Virus record (IMG/VR): IMGVR_UViG_3300044979_000007
Coordinates: 6,899 to 70,898 of that record
Length of the DNA stretch: 64,000 nucleotides
Strand: one strand, 5' to 3'
Source: a virus
Under the pieces are notes generated by a model. The model was given only the letters and a program-made list of their open reading frames with translations, searched no databases and was not told the origin of the DNA. Both the position numbers and the translations under genes were made by a program. Each line of letters begins with the position of its first letter. Within the stretch, counting starts at the first letter, position 1. Positions 18,961-28,717 of this stretch are shown one piece after another.

Positions 18961-19002
18961 GTGAAACGCTATTGTGATTCGTGAAACGATAGTGTTTCAC
19001 GA
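18961..19002. promoter_or_regulatory. operator-like direct/inverted repeat
   Basis: GTGAAACGcTAtTGT / GTGAAACGaTAgTGT at 20-bp period; palindrome TCGTGAAAC-N6-GTTTCACGA 18979-19002. Confidence 0.55.
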
Positions 19003-19040
19003 TTTCTTTTCAGATGTTAACTCTATCTTACCTAAAGCAT

Positions 19041-19048
19041 TAAATTTG
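19041..19048 (+). promoter_or_regulatory. -7 promoter of the portal/capsid operon
   Basis: TAAATTTG matches TAnnTTTG, about 20 nt before the portal start. Confidence 0.65.
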
Positions 19049-19069
19049 ACCAACTAATCCTTCTTTTAG

Positions 19070-21556
19070 TTGGCAGATTCGCAAAATATCCCCGGTTCAG
19101 GCGGTACAGAAACGCTAAAAATCTTCAATCTCCTAACGGACACAAAGTCCAAAAGCGATTGGGCATGGGGCAAGAATATCGCTCAATACATCTGCTCGAC
19201 TGTTTTTGCCGGAATAGGCAGTGGATACTTTTGGATCAGGAATAGCCGATTTAAAGCCAATCGGGACTTAGCCGCTGGAAAGGTTGACCCCGTTAAATGG
19301 CAGGATAGGCTTGACTTCAACGGGAAGGTTAACTACATCAATCTAAACTGGGCGGCGATAAAAGTAGTCAGTACGACCATTTCCAAAATAGTCGGTCGAT
19401 GGATGGGGCGGAATGAAAAGATTGTGGTTAGGGCGACGGATTCGCTATCCGAAAAAGACCGGATAGAAGGGTATCAACAGGCGGAATTTTACATGATGCA
19501 CCGGGATATGGTCGCCCAATTGGAACAGGCGTCCGGCACCCAAATTACTCCGAAAGATCAGTTTATACCCGAAGACCCCGACGAACTTCTTTTATGGTCG
19601 AATGAATTGCAACGGCTCCCCGAAGAAATTTTATACGAAAAAGGCGTGAACGATATTCTTGACGCCAATGGATTTTTTGACCAGAACAAGGAAAAACTAC
19701 TCCACGACAGCGCCGAAGTAGGATTGCCGGTCACTCACACTGAAATGGACACGAACGGGGTGATTGACGTGTCTTGGATCAAATCGGAAAACTTTTTCTA
19801 TTCGTGGTCGGAGTATAATGATTTGCACGATTGCTCTTGGCAAGGGGACGCCATAGGGATGAAGATTACCGAAATCCGTGGCAAGTTTGGGGTTGAATTT
19901 GGTGGGCACTTGACCGAAGAGCAACTTTGGGAGATTGCTCAAAGCTCTCAGGAGTACCAATTGTACGATAAACTCCGGTGGCTGGTTGAATGGAATGTGG
20001 CTGTCCTTCGCCCTTATGACGAATGGAACGTACCCGTTGTCCGGTTCTATGTGAAGACCTTGGATAAAGACCCGTACACGTTAGTCCAAACCAAAAAGAA
20101 CAAAAGCACTTTCCTAAAAAAAGGGGGCACTCCGGCGAAGTTGGCCGAAAACGAAGAATACGTAGAGGATAAGAACATCAAAATCTACAAGGGGCTTTAT
20201 ATCCGCAGTACCGAAACGATCCTTTCTTGGGGGTTGTGGGAAAATATGATCCGACCGCAAGACCCAAAAGAATACGGTGAATGCTTGTTTCCATACGCGC
20301 CGTACATGTACCAGAATCAGGACATGAAAAACGTGGCCATTCCTGAAAAGGTCGAAGAACCGGCAGATCAAATGATATTGGCGAGGTACAAAATCCAACA
20401 GTGCGTCATGTCTATGATCCCGCACGGAGCCGCTGTTAATACAGATGCTATTCAAGAACTGGATTATGGACTAGGCGATAAAAATAGACTGATTGACCCA
20501 GTTAAATTTTATCAACAAACTGGAATGCTTTATTACCGTGGAAAAGATGGCGAAGGGAATCCTATCCCGGTGCCGATTGAAGAACTAGCCAATTCCGGCT
20601 TCATGTCCCAAATGCAGGGGCTTATACAGACCTACGAATTTCACTACAAGGTATATAAGGATGAACTTGGCGAAGACCCGAGCATATCCACGCAGGCTGC
20701 TAAACCGCGTGTAACTAGCGACAATGTTCAATCAGCCATGCAAGCCGCAGATGAAGCGACCGATTACATGTATGATGCCTACTTGTACTGCATGGAAGGG
20801 ACGGCAAAAAGAATCTCCTGCCTACTGCATGATAGCGTAACCTACGGGGCGGACGCCTACAGAAAAATACTGAAAGAAGATAATATAAAGGGGAGGGCTT
20901 TTTCTACGATAGCTAGGATGTTGCCTACCGACACGCAGATGCAGGCGCTAGACATGTTCATGCAACAGGCTTTACAGGCTAACCCGGAATTGATTACATT
21001 CCTTGACCCATTCAAACTGAGACGGTTGGCGATGGATGACGTTAAGTTGGCCGAATTGTACATGCGCCGGTGCCAAAAGAAAATGTGGCAGGCGCAACAA
21101 CAGGCCGCGCAACAACAGTCGCAGCAAAACGCCCAAGCTCAACAGCAGTCCTTGCAAATGAAGGCTCAATTAGACATGGAGCATGAGCAAGCAAAAGCAC
21201 AGTTCGAGGCCCAAAAGAATGCCGACCTTAGTCGGGCTAAAAAGGAGGAATTATTCATTCAAATGATTTCGTCCGTTGTAACCGCAGGGGTGCCAATGCC
21301 GCCAGCTTTGCAACAAGTGGCAGACGAACTATATCAGAATGTCGGTCTACCATTATTCGCAGCTAATCAAAAAAATCAGCAGGCATTACAGCAGGGGGTT
21401 CAGCAGGGTATGCAGATGGCCGCCGGTCAACCCGGAGCCCCACCACAACCAGGAGGACTTCAACAGCCGTCGGATCAGCAGGATCAAGGGCAGCCACAAG
21501 GCCAACCGGACCAATCACAACCACAAGATCAATCACTTCAAACACAACCACAATGA
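19070..21556 (+). CDS. portal protein
   Basis: 828 aa after TerL; helical; Q-rich C-terminal barrel typical of podovirus portals. Confidence 0.85.
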   Translation: MADSQNIPGSGGTETLKIFNLLTDTKSKSDWAWGKNIAQYICSTVFAGIGSGYFWIRNSRFKANRDLAAGKVDPVKWQDRLDFNGKVNYINLNWAAIKVVSTTISKIVGRWMGRNEKIVVRATDSLSEKDRIEGYQQAEFYMMHRDMVAQLEQASGTQITPKDQFIPEDPDELLLWSNELQRLPEEILYEKGVNDILDANGFFDQNKEKLLHDSAEVGLPVTHTEMDTNGVIDVSWIKSENFFYSWSEYNDLHDCSWQGDAIGMKITEIRGKFGVEFGGHLTEEQLWEIAQSSQEYQLYDKLRWLVEWNVAVLRPYDEWNVPVVRFYVKTLDKDPYTLVQTKKNKSTFLKKGGTPAKLAENEEYVEDKNIKIYKGLYIRSTETILSWGLWENMIRPQDPKEYGECLFPYAPYMYQNQDMKNVAIPEKVEEPADQMILARYKIQQCVMSMIPHGAAVNTDAIQELDYGLGDKNRLIDPVKFYQQTGMLYYRGKDGEGNPIPVPIEELANSGFMSQMQGLIQTYEFHYKVYKDELGEDPSISTQAAKPRVTSDNVQSAMQAADEATDYMYDAYLYCMEGTAKRISCLLHDSVTYGADAYRKILKEDNIKGRAFSTIARMLPTDTQMQALDMFMQQALQANPELITFLDPFKLRRLAMDDVKLAELYMRRCQKKMWQAQQQAAQQQSQQNAQAQQQSLQMKAQLDMEHEQAKAQFEAQKNADLSRAKKEELFIQMISSVVTAGVPMPPALQQVADELYQNVGLPLFAANQKNQQALQQGVQQGMQMAAGQPGAPPQPGGLQQPSDQQDQGQPQGQPDQSQPQDQSLQTQPQ

Positions 21557-21828
21557 GCCTAAACATTACCAACCAGACCGCTAGTCCTGCGTTAGACGGA
21601 CAGGATGCATTGGTTACCATGACGTGGGCAGTATCTAACGCCAATATCGCTAACCTTTACGTTGGGCAGAAATGCGGAGTAGTGAGCAACGGGAAGTTAG
21701 GTGCGGTTAGCGAAATAGATACAGCTGGTATAACTGTAAAGTGCAAACCGGCCCAACCTAATGCCAGATTCGATAGCGCTTCAACACCTGGGCAGTTGGC
21801 TGTTAATGAGACTGTGACGTTCTTTTAA
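21553..21828 (+). CDS. small virion structural protein
   Basis: T/S/A/V-rich beta protein in the head module. Confidence 0.55.
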   Translation: MSLNITNQTASPALDGQDALVTMTWAVSNANIANLYVGQKCGVVSNGKLGAVSEIDTAGITVKCKPAQPNARFDSASTPGQLAVNETVTFF

Positions 21829-21838
21829 AAAAAATATT

Positions 21839-22213
21839 ATGATAGCATCACACAAGGATTTTACAAATCAATTTAACCTTGGGATAGGCAGTACTACCGG
21901 GCTTCTGCAAATTGACACCAGTGGGTTTGACTATGTGATTGTCCATTTTGTGAATCTCGGTGGGACGGTTACGTTTGCGGGGTCTAATGATGGTGGAGGT
22001 ATAACTGGTGAGGCAGACGGGAACGCAACAAGCGCAATCAACTGGGTTTCGGTTCAGGGAATCAATCAAACTACTGGTTCGGCTGGGACTACAGCCGCGA
22101 CCAATACCATTTATAAATTTTCATCTGTAGCGAGGTATTTACAATTTACTGGGACGGCTTCGACCTCTTGTAAAATTCTGGTGTACTTCGCTAAGATTTC
22201 ACAAACAATGTAA
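21839..22213 (+). CDS. putative capsid decoration/structural protein
   Basis: jelly-roll-like pattern TVTFAGSNDG...W...ARYLQF. Confidence 0.55.
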   Translation: MIASHKDFTNQFNLGIGSTTGLLQIDTSGFDYVIVHFVNLGGTVTFAGSNDGGGITGEADGNATSAINWVSVQGINQTTGSAGTTAATNTIYKFSSVARYLQFTGTASTSCKILVYFAKISQTM

Positions 22214-22219
22214 TTTTTT

Positions 22220-23392
22220 ATGGCAGAAGAAACAGCAGTAGCAGAACCGATACGTGGTCTCGAAGAAATGCAGGTGATAGTCCCTGAAACTATTTCATGG
22301 GATGATGTTCCGCCCGTGGTCAAACCGGGCCAATCTGGTGAAGAAAATGGAATTAAGCCGGAAACCAAAGAAGTAAAGACTGACCAGGAGGAAGAAATTG
22401 TAGACGAACTGGAATACCTGGAAAAGCAAACGGGGTATAAGTCATGGGATGACATTAAGGCATTGAAGACGGAGGCCGAACAACTACGGGCTAAAGCTCA
22501 AACGCCAGCGGAGATAAAATTCGCTAACGAGACAAGCCAGAAACTTTTTGAGGCTTGGAAAGAAGGCAAAGAAGACGAAGTTTATAACCTACTGCACACC
22601 CAACGGGAGTTAAAAAGGGCAGCCGATTTGCCATCGGCAGATGCTATCCGGATGCACATCAAGATGACAAACGAAGGCAACCCTAATTTTAAGGCTGCCG
22701 ATGTCGAAGATATTTTTGAGGATCGATATGGGCTTCCTAAAGAGCCAAAGCAACGAGCCGATGAAGACCCGGAAGATTTTCAGGACCGGATGACAGAATA
22801 CAAAACGCGCGTGGAAAAAGTAAATAGGGCTATTGAGCGAGACGCGTTTACAGCGAAGCAAGAATTGGCGAAAAGAATGACGGAGCTAAAACCACCAGAA
22901 ATACCGAAGCAACAAGTGCAGCAAGGGCCAACCCAAGAAGTATTGGACGCCCGGAAGGCTTTTGTTGAAAATTATCGCAAAGAACTTCCGAAGGAATTGG
23001 AAGGTGTAAAAGGGTTTACCACGAACTTCAAAGACGAAGTGACGGAATTCCAAGTTGCTTATGGCATTACGCCAGAAGAACTAGAACCTTACAAAGCAGA
23101 ATTGGAAGAATTTGCGAACAATGGGCTAGATGTAAATACTTTATTTTCTAAGCGTTGGATCAAAAAAGACGGTTCCGTAGACATTCAGCGAGCAGCGGAA
23201 GATCTCTACTTGCGGGATAACCGGGACAAAGTTTTCAAAAAGATTGCAACCGAAACCGGGACGCAACGGATGGAAGCGCAAAGGAAGATAAATAACAACA
23301 TCAAAGTTGACGGTGAAACCAAAGTTGTTCAAATGGACAAAACGCAAAAAGGATCACAAGCGGAAGCCATCGACAAACTATGGAATAGCTAA
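22220..23392 (+). CDS. putative scaffolding protein
   Basis: E/K-rich helical protein immediately upstream of the major capsid gene. Confidence 0.7.
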   Translation: MAEETAVAEPIRGLEEMQVIVPETISWDDVPPVVKPGQSGEENGIKPETKEVKTDQEEEIVDELEYLEKQTGYKSWDDIKALKTEAEQLRAKAQTPAEIKFANETSQKLFEAWKEGKEDEVYNLLHTQRELKRAADLPSADAIRMHIKMTNEGNPNFKAADVEDIFEDRYGLPKEPKQRADEDPEDFQDRMTEYKTRVEKVNRAIERDAFTAKQELAKRMTELKPPEIPKQQVQQGPTQEVLDARKAFVENYRKELPKELEGVKGFTTNFKDEVTEFQVAYGITPEELEPYKAELEEFANNGLDVNTLFSKRWIKKDGSVDIQRAAEDLYLRDNRDKVFKKIATETGTQRMEAQRKINNNIKVDGETKVVQMDKTQKGSQAEAIDKLWNS

Positions 23393-23418
23393 TCTGTTAA
23401 CAATTTAAATTTAAAAAC

Positions 23419-24864
23419 ATGCCTACAGGAATCCCTACGGGGAATATATTGCAACCAGGCCAAATAGCATTGGCCAATGGTGCAACACAGGGGCTAGTCA
23501 GCTATTTACAGCTACTGACCCCTCAGTACTATAAACAGTACGTTGAAAAATACGGAAACGAAGACCTTACGTGGTGGTTGTCTGCCTACGGCGGGATGGA
23601 GGAAGTAGAAAACCAGAACTACTTTTGGTTTGAAAACCGTGGCAAATTAATGCCTGGCATTCAGATCGCCAATAACGTGTCGGCTGCTGTCGGCGCTACG
23701 ATCACTCCAACCTTGGCCGCACCTTTCCATTTCAATGGAGGTACGCAAGCTCCCTTAAGAGGCGGTGAAACAGTACGGGTAGCCTCCACGAATGTGGAAG
23801 GTGTGATCTTGACCGGAAGCATTGTTACGACTACTCCGGGAGCATTTACGTTTCAAGTAGCTCCAAAACAAACCGGCCAATCTCTCGCATCCGCCGGAGC
23901 AACGTCCTTGCTCACGAGCGATGTTCTGTTGTTCGGTGGTCAGATGGACGTCGGCGAAGCGTCCGGTAGCGCATCTGCACTCGTTCATTTGGACCAGAAG
24001 TACAGCAACAATATCACCGAAATGAGGGATACGCATGCTGGAACCGATCTGGCCGAAATGACACAGGTGTACTACACGGGTGGCGTAACCGGATCGGCGG
24101 CAGTTCAACAGGCCGGTACGTCGTTATTCACATACAAGTCCTTGGTCAAAACAGAGACCAGATTCAAAAACAACGTGGAATTTAAGCTACTCCGTGGCGA
24201 CATTCAGAACAATACGTCTATCGTAAATGCTAGTGGGTACAGTTCCAAGGGTTCTCAGGGCGTTTTCCCGAAGATTGCTACAGATGGTGAAACAGTCGGC
24301 ATCACTCCTGGAAACTTGGATATAGCCAAAATCCATGAAATCACAAGGATTATGGACGTCAATGGTTGTGCTAAACAAGTTCTTTGGATGCAGGATATTT
24401 TCCTCCGCCAAGACTTCAGCGATGGGTTGTTCTCTACATACCCGGCTGGCGCATTTGTTTGGGGCAAGAATGAGGCATCTGAAGAAGCCCTAATCAATTA
24501 CGGTGTTAAGCATATCAACATCGACGACTATATGATGGGAGTGAAAAAGTACCGGCAATATAACACTGAATTCACTACAGGTGTCACTCCCGGAGTGGAC
24601 TTCTTCCGTAATTCTGGCCATATCATTCCATTCGGAACGGCTCAGGACTACAAAGACGCAACGAAGGTTTACAAGAACCTTACCGTTATGGTACAGAAGG
24701 CTCCGAAAGGTGGAACCCAAGGCAACGGAATTCGTGTCTGGCCCCATGGAGGTGGTAGCTTGAACCCGGCCGACGGAACGATGATCGATTTCGTCGAATT
24801 TATCTGCTACCGAGGTACAAGAGTTGTCGCCGCAAATCAGTTCATTTACACAGAAGCAGCTTAA
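23419..24864 (+). CDS. major capsid protein
   Basis: 481 aa; YVEKYGN...WFENRGKL N-arm motif of Bacteroidota podovirus MCPs; followed by a terminator. Confidence 0.88.
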   Translation: MPTGIPTGNILQPGQIALANGATQGLVSYLQLLTPQYYKQYVEKYGNEDLTWWLSAYGGMEEVENQNYFWFENRGKLMPGIQIANNVSAAVGATITPTLAAPFHFNGGTQAPLRGGETVRVASTNVEGVILTGSIVTTTPGAFTFQVAPKQTGQSLASAGATSLLTSDVLLFGGQMDVGEASGSASALVHLDQKYSNNITEMRDTHAGTDLAEMTQVYYTGGVTGSAAVQQAGTSLFTYKSLVKTETRFKNNVEFKLLRGDIQNNTSIVNASGYSSKGSQGVFPKIATDGETVGITPGNLDIAKIHEITRIMDVNGCAKQVLWMQDIFLRQDFSDGLFSTYPAGAFVWGKNEASEEALINYGVKHINIDDYMMGVKKYRQYNTEFTTGVTPGVDFFRNSGHIIPFGTAQDYKDATKVYKNLTVMVQKAPKGGTQGNGIRVWPHGGGSLNPADGTMIDFVEFICYRGTRVVAANQFIYTEAA

Positions 24865-24872
24865 TTTTTAAC

Positions 24873-24900
24873 GGGGCGGTATATTGCCGCCCCTTTCATT
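24873..24900 (+). terminator. intrinsic terminator after MCP
   Basis: GGGGCGGTA-TAT-TGCCGCCCC then TTTCATT. Confidence 0.75.
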
Positions 24901-24913
24901 CTTAATATTTTTT

Positions 24914-25789
24914 ATGGCAAAAGCAATTTCATCGTCAGACGCTCTTTTAGCAACGCAGGACGAAAAAAAGGTAGACCCGGTGTTTAAGGAAATCATGGCA
25001 AAAATGTCACCGACGCCAGCCAACCGGCCTATGATTATTTTTAAACTCAGGAACGCACCTAATGGAAAGGTTCATTTAGACGGCATAGACGACGTATTTG
25101 ACCCGGATACAAAACGGATGCGCCGGATCAGGCTTATTCGCGGTGCTACCACTATTTGGATGGATGAGCAGGAAAAGATGGACAAAGAATTCCTTCAAAA
25201 GAATAGAATAAGCATAACCTTTGTCGCAGGAAATCTCATCTGCGATGAGCTAAAAGACGAAATGATCGTAAAGGCTGCGAGATTAATGAACGCCAACGAA
25301 GGGAATCCCAACCGGATACCAGGGAAAAAACGTTCATTTTACGAGTGGGACGCATCGGCAGAAGAAAGAGAAGCATTCGAAAAAGAACTGCTCGAAGCAA
25401 AGGTTGTACAATTAGCTATGGAACAGCCGTTCGAGAAGATGAAAAAACACGCTTTGTATCTCAATCTACCGATCACCAATGAAATGGGTCAGATTCGAGG
25501 AGAGGACGGTATCCGCGCTCTTTATCTCAGGGCTGCTAAAGCCGATCCAAAGAAATTCAAAGAATCTTTAGATTCAAAGGAAGTAGAGTACAAATACCTC
25601 ATCCGTAGAGCTATTGTAGACGCAAAGATTTCAGTTTCAACCACTGAAATCAAATATCCTACAGGTCAACTCATTTGCCGACTGCCGCATGGGAGGGAAT
25701 CTGTAGACTACTTGGTAGAGTTTGCTATGTTGCCAACAGATGAATCAAAATCTTTTGTTGAACGACTTGAAAAAATGGCGTTTAATTGA
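24914..25789 (+). CDS. conserved post-capsid protein
   Basis: Position after MCP as in crAss-like head modules; probable start ATG 24914. Confidence 0.65.
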   Translation: MAKAISSSDALLATQDEKKVDPVFKEIMAKMSPTPANRPMIIFKLRNAPNGKVHLDGIDDVFDPDTKRMRRIRLIRGATTIWMDEQEKMDKEFLQKNRISITFVAGNLICDELKDEMIVKAARLMNANEGNPNRIPGKKRSFYEWDASAEEREAFEKELLEAKVVQLAMEQPFEKMKKHALYLNLPITNEMGQIRGEDGIRALYLRAAKADPKKFKESLDSKEVEYKYLIRRAIVDAKISVSTTEIKYPTGQLICRLPHGRESVDYLVEFAMLPTDESKSFVERLEKMAFN

Positions 25790-26472
25790 CGGCGGATACC
25801 GCATATCAGTTAGTTAATTATCTGGCTAATCAATTCCAGCGCGGAAACGTCAGCCCTACTAGGTTTAACCTTATCATCAATCAGGCGAGTACCAGTTTTT
25901 TGAATTATTTGTTAGGACAATTCCAGACGTACAATTACGGGAAACCTGAATCTAGGGTACAGTTCGGAGTGAACGAGACTGCAAGGCAAAGGCTATCTCC
26001 GATAATCAATCCGTTGTCTACTTTGACTATTGATGTTACCGGGTTAGCGCCGTATCCAACAGGGTTTGAACAGGTAGACGCGATGTTTAGTACGACAATG
26101 GACAGGATACGGTTCTTTCCGCAGCATAGGCTTTATTCGTACCTGAATGATCCGATTGACCCTATCAATACCAATCCGGGGTATGTGTTGGAAAGTGGCG
26201 GTTTTAGGTTCTATCCAAACACAACATGTAACGGGACACAATTGCCCGGCGCTTTGATAAGCTATGTACAGACGCCAACGCCTATTTTCTGGAATTCGGC
26301 ACCGGACGCCAACGGGAGGCCAGTGTACGTGTCAGCAGGTAGTACCGGATTGCCTTGGTATGACGTTGACAATTTCGAGGTCGTAGTTCGTGCTTTGAAA
26401 ATGGTGGGAGTAAATTTGAGTGTAAATGAATTATTGCAATACGGTGACGACATTATAAAACAAGGTCAGTAA
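25786..26472 (+). CDS. head-tail adaptor/ring protein
   Basis: GNVSPTRFNLIINQA N-terminus, ISYVQTP..I.W motif; about 230 aa. Confidence 0.65.
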   Translation: MTADTAYQLVNYLANQFQRGNVSPTRFNLIINQASTSFLNYLLGQFQTYNYGKPESRVQFGVNETARQRLSPIINPLSTLTIDVTGLAPYPTGFEQVDAMFSTTMDRIRFFPQHRLYSYLNDPIDPINTNPGYVLESGGFRFYPNTTCNGTQLPGALISYVQTPTPIFWNSAPDANGRPVYVSAGSTGLPWYDVDNFEVVVRALKMVGVNLSVNELLQYGDDIIKQGQ

Positions 26473-27101
26473 TGGAAACAAGATTTTCGTTCATAAAAAG
26501 ATTGTTGCGGCAGATTTATAACGATCAGCCTAGCGACGATTCAAACATAACGACCAATCTTGTTAACAGATGGCTTAACGATGCCATTGGAGCGGCGGCA
26601 AAAAAGAACTATACTGACAATTTACAAATGGATGGTGTTGCTTATGTGAATAATAGTTTTTACACCACCTTTAGCGGACTAGCGATTACTCAGGGGCCGG
26701 ATCAATTTACCTATCAAATGTCGCTACCACAAATCCCGATCGGGTTGGGCAATAACGAAGGTGTTGGTATATTGCAGTTTGTTGATTCAAGTGGCAATAT
26801 TTCCGATCCGGCCATTCCACTGAGCGAAAACCAAGTTGGATATTTCAGGAATATGCGACCAATTCCGAACAAAATCCTATACTTTCCTGAAGGCTCATTT
26901 TTGTTTGCTATATCCACCTTGCAGCTTAATAATTTCACTGGGAAGGTTAGAATGGTAAGCGGCGGGGATAGCACAAACCTAAACAGCACATTGAACGTAC
27001 CGGATGACTACATGCCAGTAATGGTTGAGTATATTAAAAACCAACTGGCTTGGGAACGGGCCCAAGCTAGGATAAATACAAATGACGGATCAGATGCTTA
27101 A
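26472..27101 (+). CDS. tail ring/tubular protein
   Basis: WLNDAI N-helix and LNVPDDYMPVMVEY C-terminal motif. Confidence 0.65.
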   Translation: METRFSFIKRLLRQIYNDQPSDDSNITTNLVNRWLNDAIGAAAKKNYTDNLQMDGVAYVNNSFYTTFSGLAITQGPDQFTYQMSLPQIPIGLGNNEGVGILQFVDSSGNISDPAIPLSENQVGYFRNMRPIPNKILYFPEGSFLFAISTLQLNNFTGKVRMVSGGDSTNLNSTLNVPDDYMPVMVEYIKNQLAWERAQARINTNDGSDA

Positions 27102-27360
27102 ACCGATAAAAAACCAAGTTCTTGTCAAGTTATTCAAAGGGGATGACTTGTCGGCAGGCGGAATTATCGTACCTGAATCATTTCGTGCCGAATCGAATAA
27201 AGGGGAAGTAGTGGCTTGTGGGGATGGGTCTAAAGATAGACCTATGCAATTCAAGGAAGGAGATATTGTCTACCGAGTACAAGGACATGGGGAGCCGTTT
27301 GATATTGGTGGTGAACGATTTTATATGATGGATCAAAATACAATTTTGGCAAAAGAATAA
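27082..27360 (+). CDS. groES: co-chaperonin GroES (Cpn10)
   Basis: LKPIKNQVLVK...SAGGIIVPE...GEVVACGDG...KEGDIV...ILAK. Confidence 0.92.
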   Translation: MTDQMLKPIKNQVLVKLFKGDDLSAGGIIVPESFRAESNKGEVVACGDGSKDRPMQFKEGDIVYRVQGHGEPFDIGGERFYMMDQNTILAKE

Positions 27361-27364
27361 AATT

Positions 27365-28135
27365 ATGGCTATTCAAAAACAGGGGTGGGTTACGGTTGAA
27401 GTATGCGTAAATGAATACTTGGATCGTAGCGAACAGAGCAACCACAAATATTTCAAGTTGTGGAACATAGCCTTTGCCGGGATGCAAAAAATGGGTATTA
27501 ACTTCTTTTACCAAATACAAACCTTTAAACTTCCAATTAACTCAAACTTCACCGTCAATAGGCCAGATAATTATCTAAAATGGTGCAAGGTGGGGGTGGG
27601 TAACGCCATAGGAGAAATTATCCCGTTGGACTACAATAATAAGCTAAATCTTTTTGCTGATCTACAAACAAACAGATTATCTCAAACTCAAGACAATTCG
27701 CTGTTTAATTTTTACTTCGGGAATTCTGGGATTTTCTATAACTACTGGAACGGCGACACGTTTGAAACATTATATGGACTTCCAAGCGGAGGGCCTTTTG
27801 TGGGTAGCTTTAAGATGGATGAAACAAACAATCTAATCGTACTGAATGATTTTTTTCAATACCCATATTGTTTTTTAGAGTGCTTAACCTCGCCAAAAGA
27901 AGGATCTGAATACAGAGTGCCAGTTGATTTTGAGGAAGCAATGATTGCCTTTATGGGGTGGCAAGATAACTATTACAAGCCGTCAAGCAGTCACATGCAA
28001 CGCGGAGATAAAGAAAGTTTGAAACAAAACTTTTACAATGAACTTAGGCTAGCTAAGGCGAATTACAAACCCTTCCAATTAGAGGAGGCGTATGAATGGA
28101 ATTTGAAAAACATGAGATTAACAGTAAAATCTTGA
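27365..28135 (+). CDS. tail ring/tubular protein
   Basis: VNRPDNYLKWCKVG and VPVDFEEAMIAF motifs; tail module position. Confidence 0.65.
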   Translation: MAIQKQGWVTVEVCVNEYLDRSEQSNHKYFKLWNIAFAGMQKMGINFFYQIQTFKLPINSNFTVNRPDNYLKWCKVGVGNAIGEIIPLDYNNKLNLFADLQTNRLSQTQDNSLFNFYFGNSGIFYNYWNGDTFETLYGLPSGGPFVGSFKMDETNNLIVLNDFFQYPYCFLECLTSPKEGSEYRVPVDFEEAMIAFMGWQDNYYKPSSSHMQRGDKESLKQNFYNELRLAKANYKPFQLEEAYEWNLKNMRLTVKS

Positions 28136-28140
28136 TTATC

Positions 28141-28716
28141 ATGAGTATATACAATAGAGAGATTTTAGATTACAATGATGGGGAAATGTGGAATGGAATT
28201 CCAGGATGGGAAGACCTTTACGAAGTTAGTTCCGCTGGAAGGGTTCGTTCCCTAGATAGAGTTGTAAAAAACTACAGAAGTGGGACTTGTGTATTTAAGG
28301 GGAAAATAATGAAATATAATTTAGCCAGAGGATATCATACCGTTTTGCTTTATAGATCCGCTACAGATAAAAAAAGACATGGCGTTCATCTTTTAATGGG
28401 GAAAGCATTTTTGGGTAATCCTGAAAACAAAAAAACTATAAACCATAAAAATACCATCAAAACAGATAATTATTTGTCTAATCTTGAATGGGCTACTTAT
28501 TCAGAACAGCAAATTCATGCAGTTAAAAATAATCTCCGGGATAATTCATTGGGAGAATCAAGCAATTTCTCTAAATTAATAAAAGAGGAAGTGCTTGAGA
28601 TAAGGGAATTGTTTGATTCTAAATCTTTAACAATAAAAGAGTTAGCGGTTAAATTTAAGACGGCTAAGTCCAATATTCAGTATATCGTCAACAGAGAAAC
28701 TTGGAAACATATCTAA
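28141..28716 (+). CDS. NUMOD4-HNH homing endonuclease with C-terminal HTH
   Basis: EMWNGIPGWEDLYEVSSAGRVRS, VHLL...INHKN..KTDN.L.NLEW. Confidence 0.92.
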   Translation: MSIYNREILDYNDGEMWNGIPGWEDLYEVSSAGRVRSLDRVVKNYRSGTCVFKGKIMKYNLARGYHTVLLYRSATDKKRHGVHLLMGKAFLGNPENKKTINHKNTIKTDNYLSNLEWATYSEQQIHAVKNNLRDNSLGESSNFSKLIKEEVLEIRELFDSKSLTIKELAVKFKTAKSNIQYIVNRETWKHI

Positions 28717-28717
28717 T

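Noticed and set aside
18979-19002. True parS site
   Set aside because: Half-sites are in reverse order with a 6-bp spacer, and no ParA/ParB is present in the window
21080-21556. Q/P-rich low-complexity region as a DNA repeat element
   Set aside because: Ordinary disordered C-terminus of the portal protein; no exact nucleotide periodicity
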